Of a DNA stretch of 64,000 bases, positions 48,911 to 57,801 are shown piece after piece. Under the pieces are notes generated by a model. The model worked only from the letters and a program-made list of their open reading frames with translations. It did not search any database and was not told the DNA's origin. The stretch spans positions 128,001 to 192,000 of the IMG/VR virus record IMGVR_UViG_3300033463_000011; one strand, written 5' to 3'. Position 1 is the stretch's first letter. Each line of letters begins with the position of its first letter. The position numbers and the translations under genes were made by a program. The stretch comes from a virus (lineage: Duplodnaviria > Caudoviricetes).

Positions 48911-49325
48911 CATCGGGTATTAACATTAGGTTAGCTTCTTGCGTGGAGCATAAGATGGTATGTAGCGAATATCTGCTCTGACCAGCGAGGTAGGGAATCT
49001 GGTTTACTCCTAACACGTGATAGGAATAACTGGAGAAACAATAGATATCAAATACCTATAGGAAACCTCGCACCAATAAGGTATATTCTGAGTACCTTGC
49101 GTGACTGCGAAACTTCAGCGGGTGGCATCGATATTATGCTCGTGATAGACATCGTCACGTTAAAAATTGAGTATGAATAAAAGGAAATGACGGTTCCTAA
49201 ATGTCAAAAGGATTAGTCATCCGGCCGTTTAATCACTAACACCGTGCCTGTGAAGACCGCCACGGCTATCGGGAACTCTTGGTTTGGCGGATATCCAAGA
49301 CAAGGGAGGATGAGCCTCCCAGTTT
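48911..49325 (+). ncRNA. Candidate ~410-nt structured ncRNA between tRNAs
   Basis: No ORF, elevated GC, several hairpins (GCGAGGT/ACCTCGC, AAGGTA/TACCTT, TCTTGG/CCAAGA, GGGAGG/CCTCCC). Confidence 0.55.
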
Positions 49326-49327
49326 AT

Positions 49328-49401
49328 CCAGGTGTAGGTTAGCGGTAAACTTCGTGTTTTGGGAACATGAGATGTAAGTTCGACTCTTGCCACTTGGACC
49401 A
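49328..49401 (+). tRNA. tRNA-Pro(TGG)
   Basis: CCAGGTG/CACTTGG acceptor; CGTGT-TTTGGGA-ACATG; TTCGACT; CCA. Confidence 0.85.
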
Positions 49402-49428
49402 ATATAAAATTAAAGAAAGGACACTAAA

Positions 49429-49653
49429 ATGCCTACTAAATTTCAGTTTGATTCAGTAATGCAACTCTTGGCATCAGGAGTTAAAAATTATGTTACTATC
49501 AGGCAGCAAGTAGGTCTTACTTCTGAAGAACTTGATGACATTATCGAGAATGTTGATTTTTATGTAAAGTATTTTGCTGAACAAGAAAGAGCAGAAACTT
49601 TAAAGAAACTGAATGAAGAACCTAAAAAGAAGAAATGGTGGCAGAAAAAGTGA
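49429..49653 (+). CDS. Hypothetical protein
   Basis: AAGGA RBS. Confidence 0.6.
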   Translation: MPTKFQFDSVMQLLASGVKNYVTIRQQVGLTSEELDDIIENVDFYVKYFAEQERAETLKKLNEEPKKKKWWQKK

Positions 49654-50360
49654 TATACATTACTGGAGATACTCATGGGAACTTTGACCGGATATCTAGA
49701 TTTGCTGAAAAGATGCAGACCACTATTGATGATGTAATGATCATACTTGGTGATGCCGGTTTAAACTATTATGTCAATGATGGTAAAGATAACAAAAGAG
49801 CTATTCAGCTCAAAGAGAGCGTTGCAGCTATTCCGCTTACATTATTCTGTATTCATGGTAATCATGAAGAAAGACCATTTAATGTATCCGGGTATGAAGA
49901 ACAAGAACATTTTGGATCAATTACATACGTGAATCCGAATTATCCGAATCAGATTTTTGCAAAAGATGGGGAAATATATACTTTATCTAATTATAAAGCA
50001 CTTGTAATCGGTGGGGCATATTCAGTAGATAAGCATTATAGATTACTGAAAGGTGCTAATTGGTTTGAAAGTGAGCAGCCTACTTCTGATATTAAAGCTT
50101 ATGTAGAACAGACCTGCGAAGCTAATAATTGGCAAGTAGATGTCGTTTTATCTCATACTTGCCCAGTAGATGCAGAACCTAGGCACTTATTTTTACCATT
50201 CATTGATCAGGATAGCGTAGATAAATCTACGGAAGTGTGGTTACAAACTATTGCAGATAAATTAATTTTTAAGAAATGGTACTTTGGGCATTTTCATGAT
50301 GATTGGGTAAATGGTAAATACGAAATGCTATTTCAAAGTATAGAAGAATTTACAATCTAA
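49650..50360 (+). CDS. Calcineurin-like metallophosphoesterase
   Basis: GDTHG, LGDAG, HGNHE, SHT, GHFH motifs. Confidence 0.9.
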   Translation: MIYITGDTHGNFDRISRFAEKMQTTIDDVMIILGDAGLNYYVNDGKDNKRAIQLKESVAAIPLTLFCIHGNHEERPFNVSGYEEQEHFGSITYVNPNYPNQIFAKDGEIYTLSNYKALVIGGAYSVDKHYRLLKGANWFESEQPTSDIKAYVEQTCEANNWQVDVVLSHTCPVDAEPRHLFLPFIDQDSVDKSTEVWLQTIADKLIFKKWYFGHFHDDWVNGKYEMLFQSIEEFTI

Positions 50361-50412
50361 TTCAGAATCGTTATAGCAAATATCAAAATTTACAGAGGTA
50401 AAGGAGATTCAT

Positions 50413-51372
50413 ATGTATAAGCCCGATAACAAACTTGGTTACTTATCTCAGAACCTAAAATTATTTTGCGAAAACAACAAGTTAACGCAAACAGATGCAG
50501 CTGCATTATTTGGAGTATCAGAGGCTGCTTTCCGTAACTGGTTAAACGGAGAAACTGAACCTGATCTGAAGAGTCAAAAAGCTTTAGAAAAGATACTTAA
50601 TGCAAAATTTGATAAAATATGCTCTCATATATTGGCAGTTCGATTATCATTGGATCATATAACTACAATTGAAGATATTTATCCGTATAATTGTATTATA
50701 TCTGCGTCTAATTATTACTCCAGCTCATTTTCTGCAATGCTTCATTACGAATCAGCTGATGATGCAGAGTTAAATATGATATATCGTAATATAACTCCTG
50801 CAGAGTTTGATAATATTTTGATTAAAGAACTTACTTATAGAGAACAAGCAATAATTCACTTAAGATATAGAGATAGCAATTCTCTAGAGGAAGCTAGTAA
50901 GAAAATCGGAGTAACTAGAGAAAGAATTCGTCAGATTGAGCATAAAGCGCTTCGTAAGATAAATAGGTCGTGTATTCGACTAGTTGAAAGAAAAGAAAAC
51001 TTTAATAAAATAGAAGAAGAGAATGCAAAGTTAAAAGAATGCATTACAAAATTGCAAGGAGCTGCAGATCCTACTAGAGTAGAGCTTCCAAAAGAGCTCA
51101 ATTTATTCAGTTGGGATACTCCAATAGAGGATTATGATTTTTCCGTTAGGACATATAATTGTCTGAAACGAGCTCAACTAAACACTATAAGAGATATTGT
51201 AACTCGGAAAGAATCTTTTTACAAGTTAAGAAATATGGGCAGAAGATCCGTAGAAGAGCTAGTATCTTTAGTAGAAAAGTTACCGATTCCATACGAGTTC
51301 GATTATGATTCAGCTCGATTCATTGTAACTGATCCTAGCGGGCTACCTCCTTACACAGTTAAGATAAATTAA
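50413..51372 (+). CDS. Transcription factor: XRE HTH, sigma70 region 4 and RNA polymerase alpha-CTD
   Basis: LTQTDAAALFGVS; LTYREQAIIHLRY..SLEE..GVTRERIRQIEHKALRK; FSVRTYNCLKRA..LRNMGRRSVEEL. Confidence 0.85.
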   Translation: MYKPDNKLGYLSQNLKLFCENNKLTQTDAAALFGVSEAAFRNWLNGETEPDLKSQKALEKILNAKFDKICSHILAVRLSLDHITTIEDIYPYNCIISASNYYSSSFSAMLHYESADDAELNMIYRNITPAEFDNILIKELTYREQAIIHLRYRDSNSLEEASKKIGVTRERIRQIEHKALRKINRSCIRLVERKENFNKIEEENAKLKECITKLQGAADPTRVELPKELNLFSWDTPIEDYDFSVRTYNCLKRAQLNTIRDIVTRKESFYKLRNMGRRSVEELVSLVEKLPIPYEFDYDSARFIVTDPSGLPPYTVKIN

Positions 51373-51912
51373 GAATCGTTATTAACAATGTAGGCATTTC
51401 GGTTAGCTGAAAATCCTTATACTCATTCGCAACCGAGTAATAAATATTTTAACCGATAATTTTTGCAAACCTAGTTACCGAAATGCCTATTGAACCTTGA
51501 CAATTGATTGCCCTCCGAAACTTCTCTTTTCTATTCGTTTTTCAAGAAGTTGGCGGTTAAAGTCTGATAACTAACAGACATACAAATTATTTTCAAGATC
51601 CCAGATTTTATAAATTGGCGTGTTTCACACTTGATGTTCCTTATCAGACAAAAGGCAATCCTAATATAGTTTAAGATATGGCAATGCGACTTTCAGGTGA
51701 AGTGCAAATAACCTGATAGAGAGTCTTGGTAGGTAGAGGCTACCCCCGAAAGCGACAGGATAAAAGAGCACCCACAGCTAGCTAAAATCGTTATCAATAA
51801 AACAGAAACGTGGGAGATAAACAAATAGGACAAAGCCATATTTTAATATTTAAACCGCTTGCAACAGTAAGGACTTCATTTATCCGAAGTATCCTGAATT
51901 TGCAAGCAAACA

Positions 51913-52023
51913 TCTCTCGTGGTGAAAGGTGAGACACGACGCCCGAGTTGCATCTTATTTAAGATGACATAGGGGTTGAAAATCGAGGGTTTTCATACAA
52001 GGTTCAAGTCCTTGTCGAGAGAA
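51913..52023 (+). ncRNA. tRNA-like RNA (class II-like) with a replaced anticodon arm
   Basis: TCTCTCG/CGAGAGA acceptor; D arm GTG..CAC; T arm CAAGG-TTCAAGT-CCTTG. Confidence 0.65.
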
Positions 52024-52480
52024 TGAATTTAAAGGCACTCACAGCAATCTTTATAATCATTTATAGGAAATGCAGACATAGTGCCTTGTTAAGCCTCAAC
52101 AGGGTAGCTACCTGCGAGGTTATGTCACAGCGACGGCTATGAATATTTTCATTGCCTAAGGAGTTTGGTGGGTTCTCCTTAAAAATCCATCACCAGCGGG
52201 TACAGGCATCCCGCAGAGTTCTCACAGCAGTTTGGTAGGTTCTGCTGATGTATATGAATCTTTTTTTGTTGCGTATTATCTCTTTCATATACATAATCAA
52301 AAACCTATCACCAACCTCTCCATTGAGTTAGCCACTAGGAGATGGAGATGTTCGGGCAAAGGCTAATGCCACGGAACAGTGACCTATATCTATCCGCTGG
52401 TCAGGTGAGTGTCTGATATATGCACAATAGAAGAGTGGATTATATACTTTCGAGTGTACCCATAATATATCATCAAATAT

Positions 52481-52630
52481 GAAGTAGCGGCAGAATGGCG
52501 ATTGCTAAATGAACGGTAGTAATGAGTTAATGTGAATCGGGGTTCGAGTCCCCCTACGTCCTAGTTCGACTCTTGGGCGTGCAGGTGCAATATCTTTAAC
52601 ATAAAGGTTCAAATCCTTTCTACTTCACCA
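52481..52630 (+). ncRNA. 150-nt tRNA-like RNA with extra internal T-loop hairpins
   Basis: GAAGTAG/CTACTTC-ACCA; T arm AAAGG-TTCAAAT-CCTTT. Confidence 0.7.
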
Positions 52631-52790
52631 AAGAGGTTAATTCCAAGTACCTCTCTAGGAAAACCTTGGCGTGGAGATACGGTATAGCACACGAAATAAC
52701 GGCAGTACCTAGGAGATGCAGAACTTCTAACAGTATTCATACGGGTGAACGTGACCTAAGAGGTTTACAATAAACAAATCTGCATTATAT

Positions 52791-52927
52791 GAAGGGTTGC
52801 CGCAAAGTAGACGGGTTATCCTGTACTGATAACTACTCAACAGCGAATTGGAAAGGCACTTCCAGGGGGTTGAGTCAGGCTAGGAATGTTATCAACTGAT
52901 AGGTGCGACTCCTATCACCCTTCACCA
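52791..52927 (+). ncRNA. 137-nt tRNA-like RNA
   Basis: GAAGGGT/ACCCTTC-ACCA; T arm ATAGG-TGCGACT-CCTAT. Confidence 0.7.
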
Positions 52928-52932
52928 AATAT

Positions 52933-53086
52933 GAAGTAGTGGCGGAAAGTAGACGCAAGGCTGGAATGTGTATGCTCATTAAGAGTGCAAGTTCAAGTGA
53001 AAGGCTTGATGAGGTTGGCAGAGTTACCGACACACGACATTTGGCTAACTGCCTCTGTTAGGTGCAAATCCTAACCTACTTCACCA
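52933..53086 (+). ncRNA. 154-nt tRNA-like RNA
   Basis: GAAGTAG/CTACTTC-ACCA; Leu-like D loop GGCGGAAAGTAGACGC; T arm TTAGG-TGCAAAT-CCTAA. Confidence 0.7.
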
Positions 53087-53595
53087 AGAGGTCGCTCGCC
53101 TCTGCCAAAACGAGCCGTGGCTGATACACGACATTTATCAGCGTTTATACTATCTTGGAACGGTGAGCAAGATACAGAGTATGGCTACGAATACAAGAGA
53201 CAGAGACTATGGCACGTCTCATCGTAACAACCGCACTGGGCTGTTGCAACAGTCCACCCACCTCATACTTGCGGTATATAAATCAGACAGAGGGAACTTG
53301 GGGATGTACCTCAACAAGAGAGGTTGAGCCTTTCTGAGGAAAGTAGGCTCCTGACATGAGCATTGACCTAGGTAGTAACAGTCTTAGGTGAACTGGCAAG
53401 CCGATATGTGCCCAATGCTTTTACAAAGAACCAAACGCCTTACGGTTGTTGGGTACATATGAGCCGTACTTGTAAGCTCGCTCGGTAATATTCTAGATCC
53501 TGTTCAGTCTGGGATACCTCATAAGCGTAACTTTCGGGTACAGTCTTTGAATATTTCTTCTGTACTCTTGATCGAAGAAATATTCAATTTGATAT

Positions 53596-53669
53596 TGAGG
53601 TATTGTGTAATGGTAGCACAGATGTTTTTGACACATCTAGTTTGGGTTCAAATCCCGATACCTCAACCA
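53596..53669 (+). tRNA. tRNA-Gln(TTG)
   Basis: TGAGGTA/TACCTCA acceptor; GATGT-TTTTGAC-ACATC; TTCAAAT; CCA. Confidence 0.9.
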
Positions 53670-53850
53670 ATTGTAATATTTAAGCTCATAGTGACATAGC
53701 AGTTCTTGTAGGCTTGCTCTGTTTGAATCATCATTTTAAAGAGTTCGCGATGATTCACCTTCTTTACAAGCGAACCTTCGGGTACAGTATTTACCTACTT
53801 CTTCTGTACCCCTTGTCGAAGAAATAGATATAATTTTAAGGAGGAATAAT

Positions 53851-54144
53851 TTGATGGAAGTTCAAGAAATAAACGGTGAAGTATTGAAGAAAATAATAAA
53901 ATGTCAACCGGGCGAGTTCATATTTGCAACATACGATTCTACAAAAGATCCAGAAATAACTTCTGATGAGATACAAGAATTGATTAAGTATTGCCAAGAT
54001 AACAACTGCCCGTGTTTATTTTTACCTGAAAAGGATGAACAGGTATCTGTAGCAATCCAGGATTATGATGCAGAATCGTTAAGAAGATTGGAGGGGCTTG
54101 TACATCAAGCGTTACAGAAGAAATCTAAAATCATACTGTCTTAA
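53851..54144 (+). CDS. Hypothetical protein
   Basis: AAGGAGG RBS. Confidence 0.6.
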   Translation: MMEVQEINGEVLKKIIKCQPGEFIFATYDSTKDPEITSDEIQELIKYCQDNNCPCLFLPEKDEQVSVAIQDYDAESLRRLEGLVHQALQKKSKIILS

Positions 54145-54155
54145 GGAATTATGTT

Positions 54156-54809
54156 ATGAATGTACTAATAACGGGAACATCTCAAGGAATGGGAAGAGAA
54201 ATAGCTATTAAGTTCTTAGCCGAAGGCCATCATGTCTTCGGCATTGACATTTCTGAATCCACTATAACTGATAACAGATATAATCACTGTAAATGTGATA
54301 TCTCAAAAGACGAACTTCCGAATCTACCTTATAACATTCACATACTTATAAATAATGCAGGAATTCAAGGAACAGACGATGATATAAATGTAAACTTGAA
54401 TGGAGTTATAAGATGTACTGAAAAATACGCATTAAATAATCCTTCCATTAAATCCGTCATCAATCAAGCAGCAGCGTCAGGAAGCACTGGTGCAGATTTT
54501 GGAAAATATGTAGCAAGCAAGGGCGGAGTTATTGCATATACAAAGTATACTGCAAAAGAAATTGCTAAATACGGAGCTACATGTAACAGTATCAGTTTTG
54601 GAGGAGTTTTATCTCCTGTTAACTGGGGAGTAATGAATGACATTAAAAAGTGGAATAAGATAATGTCTATGACCCCACTTAAGAAATGGGCAACTGCTTC
54701 TGAAGCAGCAGATTGGATCTACTTCCTCGCTGTAGTAAACAAAAGCTGCACTGCTCAAGATATCATAGTAGATAATGGAGAAACATATAATCATAATTTT
54801 GTATGGTAA
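54156..54809 (+). CDS. Short-chain dehydrogenase/reductase (SDR)
   Basis: TGTSQGMG, NNAG, YVASK motifs. Confidence 0.9.
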   Translation: MNVLITGTSQGMGREIAIKFLAEGHHVFGIDISESTITDNRYNHCKCDISKDELPNLPYNIHILINNAGIQGTDDDINVNLNGVIRCTEKYALNNPSIKSVINQAAASGSTGADFGKYVASKGGVIAYTKYTAKEIAKYGATCNSISFGGVLSPVNWGVMNDIKKWNKIMSMTPLKKWATASEAADWIYFLAVVNKSCTAQDIIVDNGETYNHNFVW

Positions 54810-54917
54810 TGATATACCACGAGATTTAGTCGATCTTTAATTCTCGCTAATTTTACTATAGAATATATCTATCTATAAAATTAACATTAAATCTCAAGGT
54901 TATGCGAAGGTGACATT

Positions 54918-55067
54918 ATGGAAAACGACAAAACAACTTTTACAAAGTTAGAAATTTGCAAAGCATTAAGCGATAGATTTTGTAAGAACTGCAGCTCTCC
55001 TTGCAGTATTTGTAAGATAAAAGAAGCAATAGTAACTATAGCAAAAATGACTAAAGATGAAACATGA
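54918..55067 (+). CDS. 49-aa Cys-rich protein (not in the ORF track)
   Basis: MENDK...FCKNCSSPCSICKIK; ATGA-coupled to the helicase. Confidence 0.45.
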   Translation: MENDKTTFTKLEICKALSDRFCKNCSSPCSICKIKEAIVTIAKMTKDET

Positions 55068-57775
55068 TAACTGCAGTACAACAAGGTGAAGTTTATGTTG
55101 TAAAGTTTCCATATGACAGGAACTTAATATACATTGTAAAAACAATTCCAGGTCGCAGATGGGACCCGGATAATAAATATTGGACAATTCCTGTTGATAG
55201 GTTAGGATTTCTTATAGCACAACTTCGTGGATCTCAATATGAAGAAATGCTGCAGATTTATTCCGCAGAACATATTAATCAAAATGCAAAAATAGATACT
55301 AATCCTGCTTCAAGTATTCCTGATATTGATATTTCCAAAGTACCTTTATATGTTGAGAAAGGCAAAGAGTTATTTTCACATCAAAAGGACTTTATGAAAT
55401 TTGCAATAGATAGACAACAAAGAGGGCTAACTAGTGGGTTCATTGTTGCGGACGAGATGGGCTGCATATCTGGTTCAGCTTCGATTAGAATTCATGAAAA
55501 TGGAAAAAGCTATCGAGATTGCACTTTACATAATGCATATAGATTATATTCATCTGGAGTTACATTCAAGATAAAATCTATGTGCAATGATAGATTTATG
55601 TATATGCCTATTTCTAATATAATTGATAAAGGAATTAAACAAGTTATAAAGATACATGCAGGCGGGCATGAACTTATATGTACTCCAGATCATGAACTAT
55701 ATACTCCAAATGGATGGGTTAGAGCAGATTCTCTTAGAATTGGTGATGATGTATTTGCTAATGGAGATCTATATAAATGCCCTATATGTGGAAGTTCAGA
55801 AGATATAGTGACTTCTAAAGGAGCTAAATTTGAAGGTTTCTGCAGATCCTGTATGTATAAATCTAGGGAAGGCACTAGATATAAAGGAGACCAAATATAT
55901 AAATCTATTAATAAAGATGGATATGTTATGCTCAAAGGGAAACCTATACGCAAAAGTCCCGTATATCAAAGATGCCATGTACTAACCGAATATGGAGTAT
56001 ATGAACATCATCAGGTGTGGTATGAGCATACAGGCCATATAGTTGATCCATCAGTAGAAGCGATACATCATAAGAATCATATTAAAACTGATAATCGATT
56101 TGAAAATTTAGAATTGGTTACATTATCTGAACATGGTAAGATTCATGCAGATGCTTCAACTAAACATCTTCCCCAGAATTCTGCAGCAGAATTCTACATG
56201 TGTCATGGAGTTAAAACATGGGTCATTCCCCATATCGTTACAATAGATAGTATAGAAGATGCAGGTAGTGATCATGTATATGACGTAACAATAGATGACC
56301 CATATATTCATAATTTTATTGCTAATAATTTCATAGTCCACAATTGCGGTAAGACACTAGAAGCTATGAATCTTGCATTGTATAATAAAAAGTATAACAA
56401 GGTTAAACATTGTTTAATAATTGCATGTGTAAATTCCGCAAAATATAACTGGATAGAAGATATAAGGAAACATACTAATTGCGAATATGTTCCCTACCTT
56501 CTTGGATCTAAATTAAAGCGAGATGGAACTTTATCGCAAGAAAACGGTAGCGAAGACAAATTAAAAGATCTAATGTATGGACACATGTATGGAAAAAAGG
56601 ATGCTCCAGAACTTCCATTTTTCTTAATAATGAATATTGAAGCATTACGAATGCGCAGGGACAGACACTACCTTATTCGAGAGAGATTAGCTGCGCTTAT
56701 TAATAAGGGATACATTGGAATGGTTATCCTAGACGAAATTCATCGCGGAGCTTCTCCTAGTTCCATGCAAGGAAAGCAACTACTTAAACTTAAGAAAGAT
56801 ACAGAAAAAGCAAAAGTAGAGTGGTTGCCCATGACAGGTACCCCTATTGTTAATAAACCTACAGACGTATTTACTCCCCTTAAGTTGATAGGCGGTCATG
56901 ATTTCACAAGTTATCATTTATGGTGTCAGCATTTCTGCGTATACGGCGGATTTGGAGGGCATGACATAATTGGGTACAAGAATATTCCTGAATTGAAAAA
57001 CATGCTTCAAGGTAATATGATAAGACGACTAAAATCTGAGATATTAGATTTACCTCCTAAGCTACACACAATTGAATATGTTGAAAATACATCGTACCAA
57101 GATAAATTATACAAAGAAATTCTTAAGGATACGGTAGCACATAGAGAGGAAATTCTTTCTGCGTTAAATCCTATGGTGCGATTGCTTAAACTTCGACAAG
57201 TTAACGGTAGCCCAGAATTAGTAGATCCTAATCTTGTAGTAGACAAATCATACCTTTCTAAAAATTCTAAGATGCAAAGATTAGTTGATCTAGTTGACGT
57301 AATTGTATCTAGTGGGCAAAAAGTAGTAATATTTTCCAATTGGGTAGAATCTTTAAGAACTGTATATAAATTCTTAGCTCTGCATTACAAGGTATGCTGT
57401 TTTACAGGAACAATGAAGCCTGAGGAAGCAGAGAAAAATAAGAAGATGTTTATAGAAGATCCTGAATGTATGATAATGATTGGTACTGTAGCTAAGTTAG
57501 GAGTATCTCATACTCTCACAGTCGCTAATAATGTAATCTTCTATGACTTGCCCTGGAATCCAGCTACTATGGAACAAGCAGAAGATAGATGTCATCGTGC
57601 TGGAACAACAAGCACTGTTAACATATATAGCATTATAACTAAGGATACTGTAGATGAGAAAGTTTATAAATTGATTCAAGATAAGGATGGGGTTGCTAAG
57701 TATATTGTAGATAATCAGCTATCTTTTCACAATAATCCCGAATTATTTGAAATTTTATTTGGAAAAAATAAATAA
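55064..57775 (+). CDS. SNF2-family helicase with a HARP-like N-terminus, containing an intein
   Basis: DEMG|CGKT, DEIH, MTGTP, WNP...QAEDRCHRAG. Confidence 0.92.
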   Translation: MITAVQQGEVYVVKFPYDRNLIYIVKTIPGRRWDPDNKYWTIPVDRLGFLIAQLRGSQYEEMLQIYSAEHINQNAKIDTNPASSIPDIDISKVPLYVEKGKELFSHQKDFMKFAIDRQQRGLTSGFIVADEMGCISGSASIRIHENGKSYRDCTLHNAYRLYSSGVTFKIKSMCNDRFMYMPISNIIDKGIKQVIKIHAGGHELICTPDHELYTPNGWVRADSLRIGDDVFANGDLYKCPICGSSEDIVTSKGAKFEGFCRSCMYKSREGTRYKGDQIYKSINKDGYVMLKGKPIRKSPVYQRCHVLTEYGVYEHHQVWYEHTGHIVDPSVEAIHHKNHIKTDNRFENLELVTLSEHGKIHADASTKHLPQNSAAEFYMCHGVKTWVIPHIVTIDSIEDAGSDHVYDVTIDDPYIHNFIANNFIVHNCGKTLEAMNLALYNKKYNKVKHCLIIACVNSAKYNWIEDIRKHTNCEYVPYLLGSKLKRDGTLSQENGSEDKLKDLMYGHMYGKKDAPELPFFLIMNIEALRMRRDRHYLIRERLAALINKGYIGMVILDEIHRGASPSSMQGKQLLKLKKDTEKAKVEWLPMTGTPIVNKPTDVFTPLKLIGGHDFTSYHLWCQHFCVYGGFGGHDIIGYKNIPELKNMLQGNMIRRLKSEILDLPPKLHTIEYVENTSYQDKLYKEILKDTVAHREEILSALNPMVRLLKLRQVNGSPELVDPNLVVDKSYLSKNSKMQRLVDLVDVIVSSGQKVVIFSNWVESLRTVYKFLALHYKVCCFTGTMKPEEAEKNKKMFIEDPECMIMIGTVAKLGVSHTLTVANNVIFYDLPWNPATMEQAEDRCHRAGTTSTVNIYSIITKDTVDEKVYKLIQDKDGVAKYIVDNQLSFHNNPELFEILFGKNK
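55463..56344 (+). mobile_element. Intein (294 aa) with an HNH homing endonuclease
   Basis: Starts CISG; block B CTPDHE; ends VYDVTI..HNFIANNFIVHN/C; internal HHKNHIKTDNRFENL. Confidence 0.92.
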
Positions 57776-57801
57776 TATTTAATAAATAGGAGGACATCTA
57801 A

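Larger units (their letters stand above)
51390..53840 (+). ncRNA. ~2.4-kb non-coding RNA cluster (tRNA-like RNAs, pseudoknot repeats, one canonical tRNA)
   Basis: No ORF of 60 aa or more, raised GC, dense hairpins. Confidence 0.75.

Noticed and set aside
52631-53120. preQ1-I riboswitch or tmRNA
   Set aside because: The AGAGG/CCTCT pseudoknots resemble both, but the preQ1 loop consensus and a downstream regulated gene are missing, and no Ala-type acceptor (G3-U70) or tag reading frame was identified.
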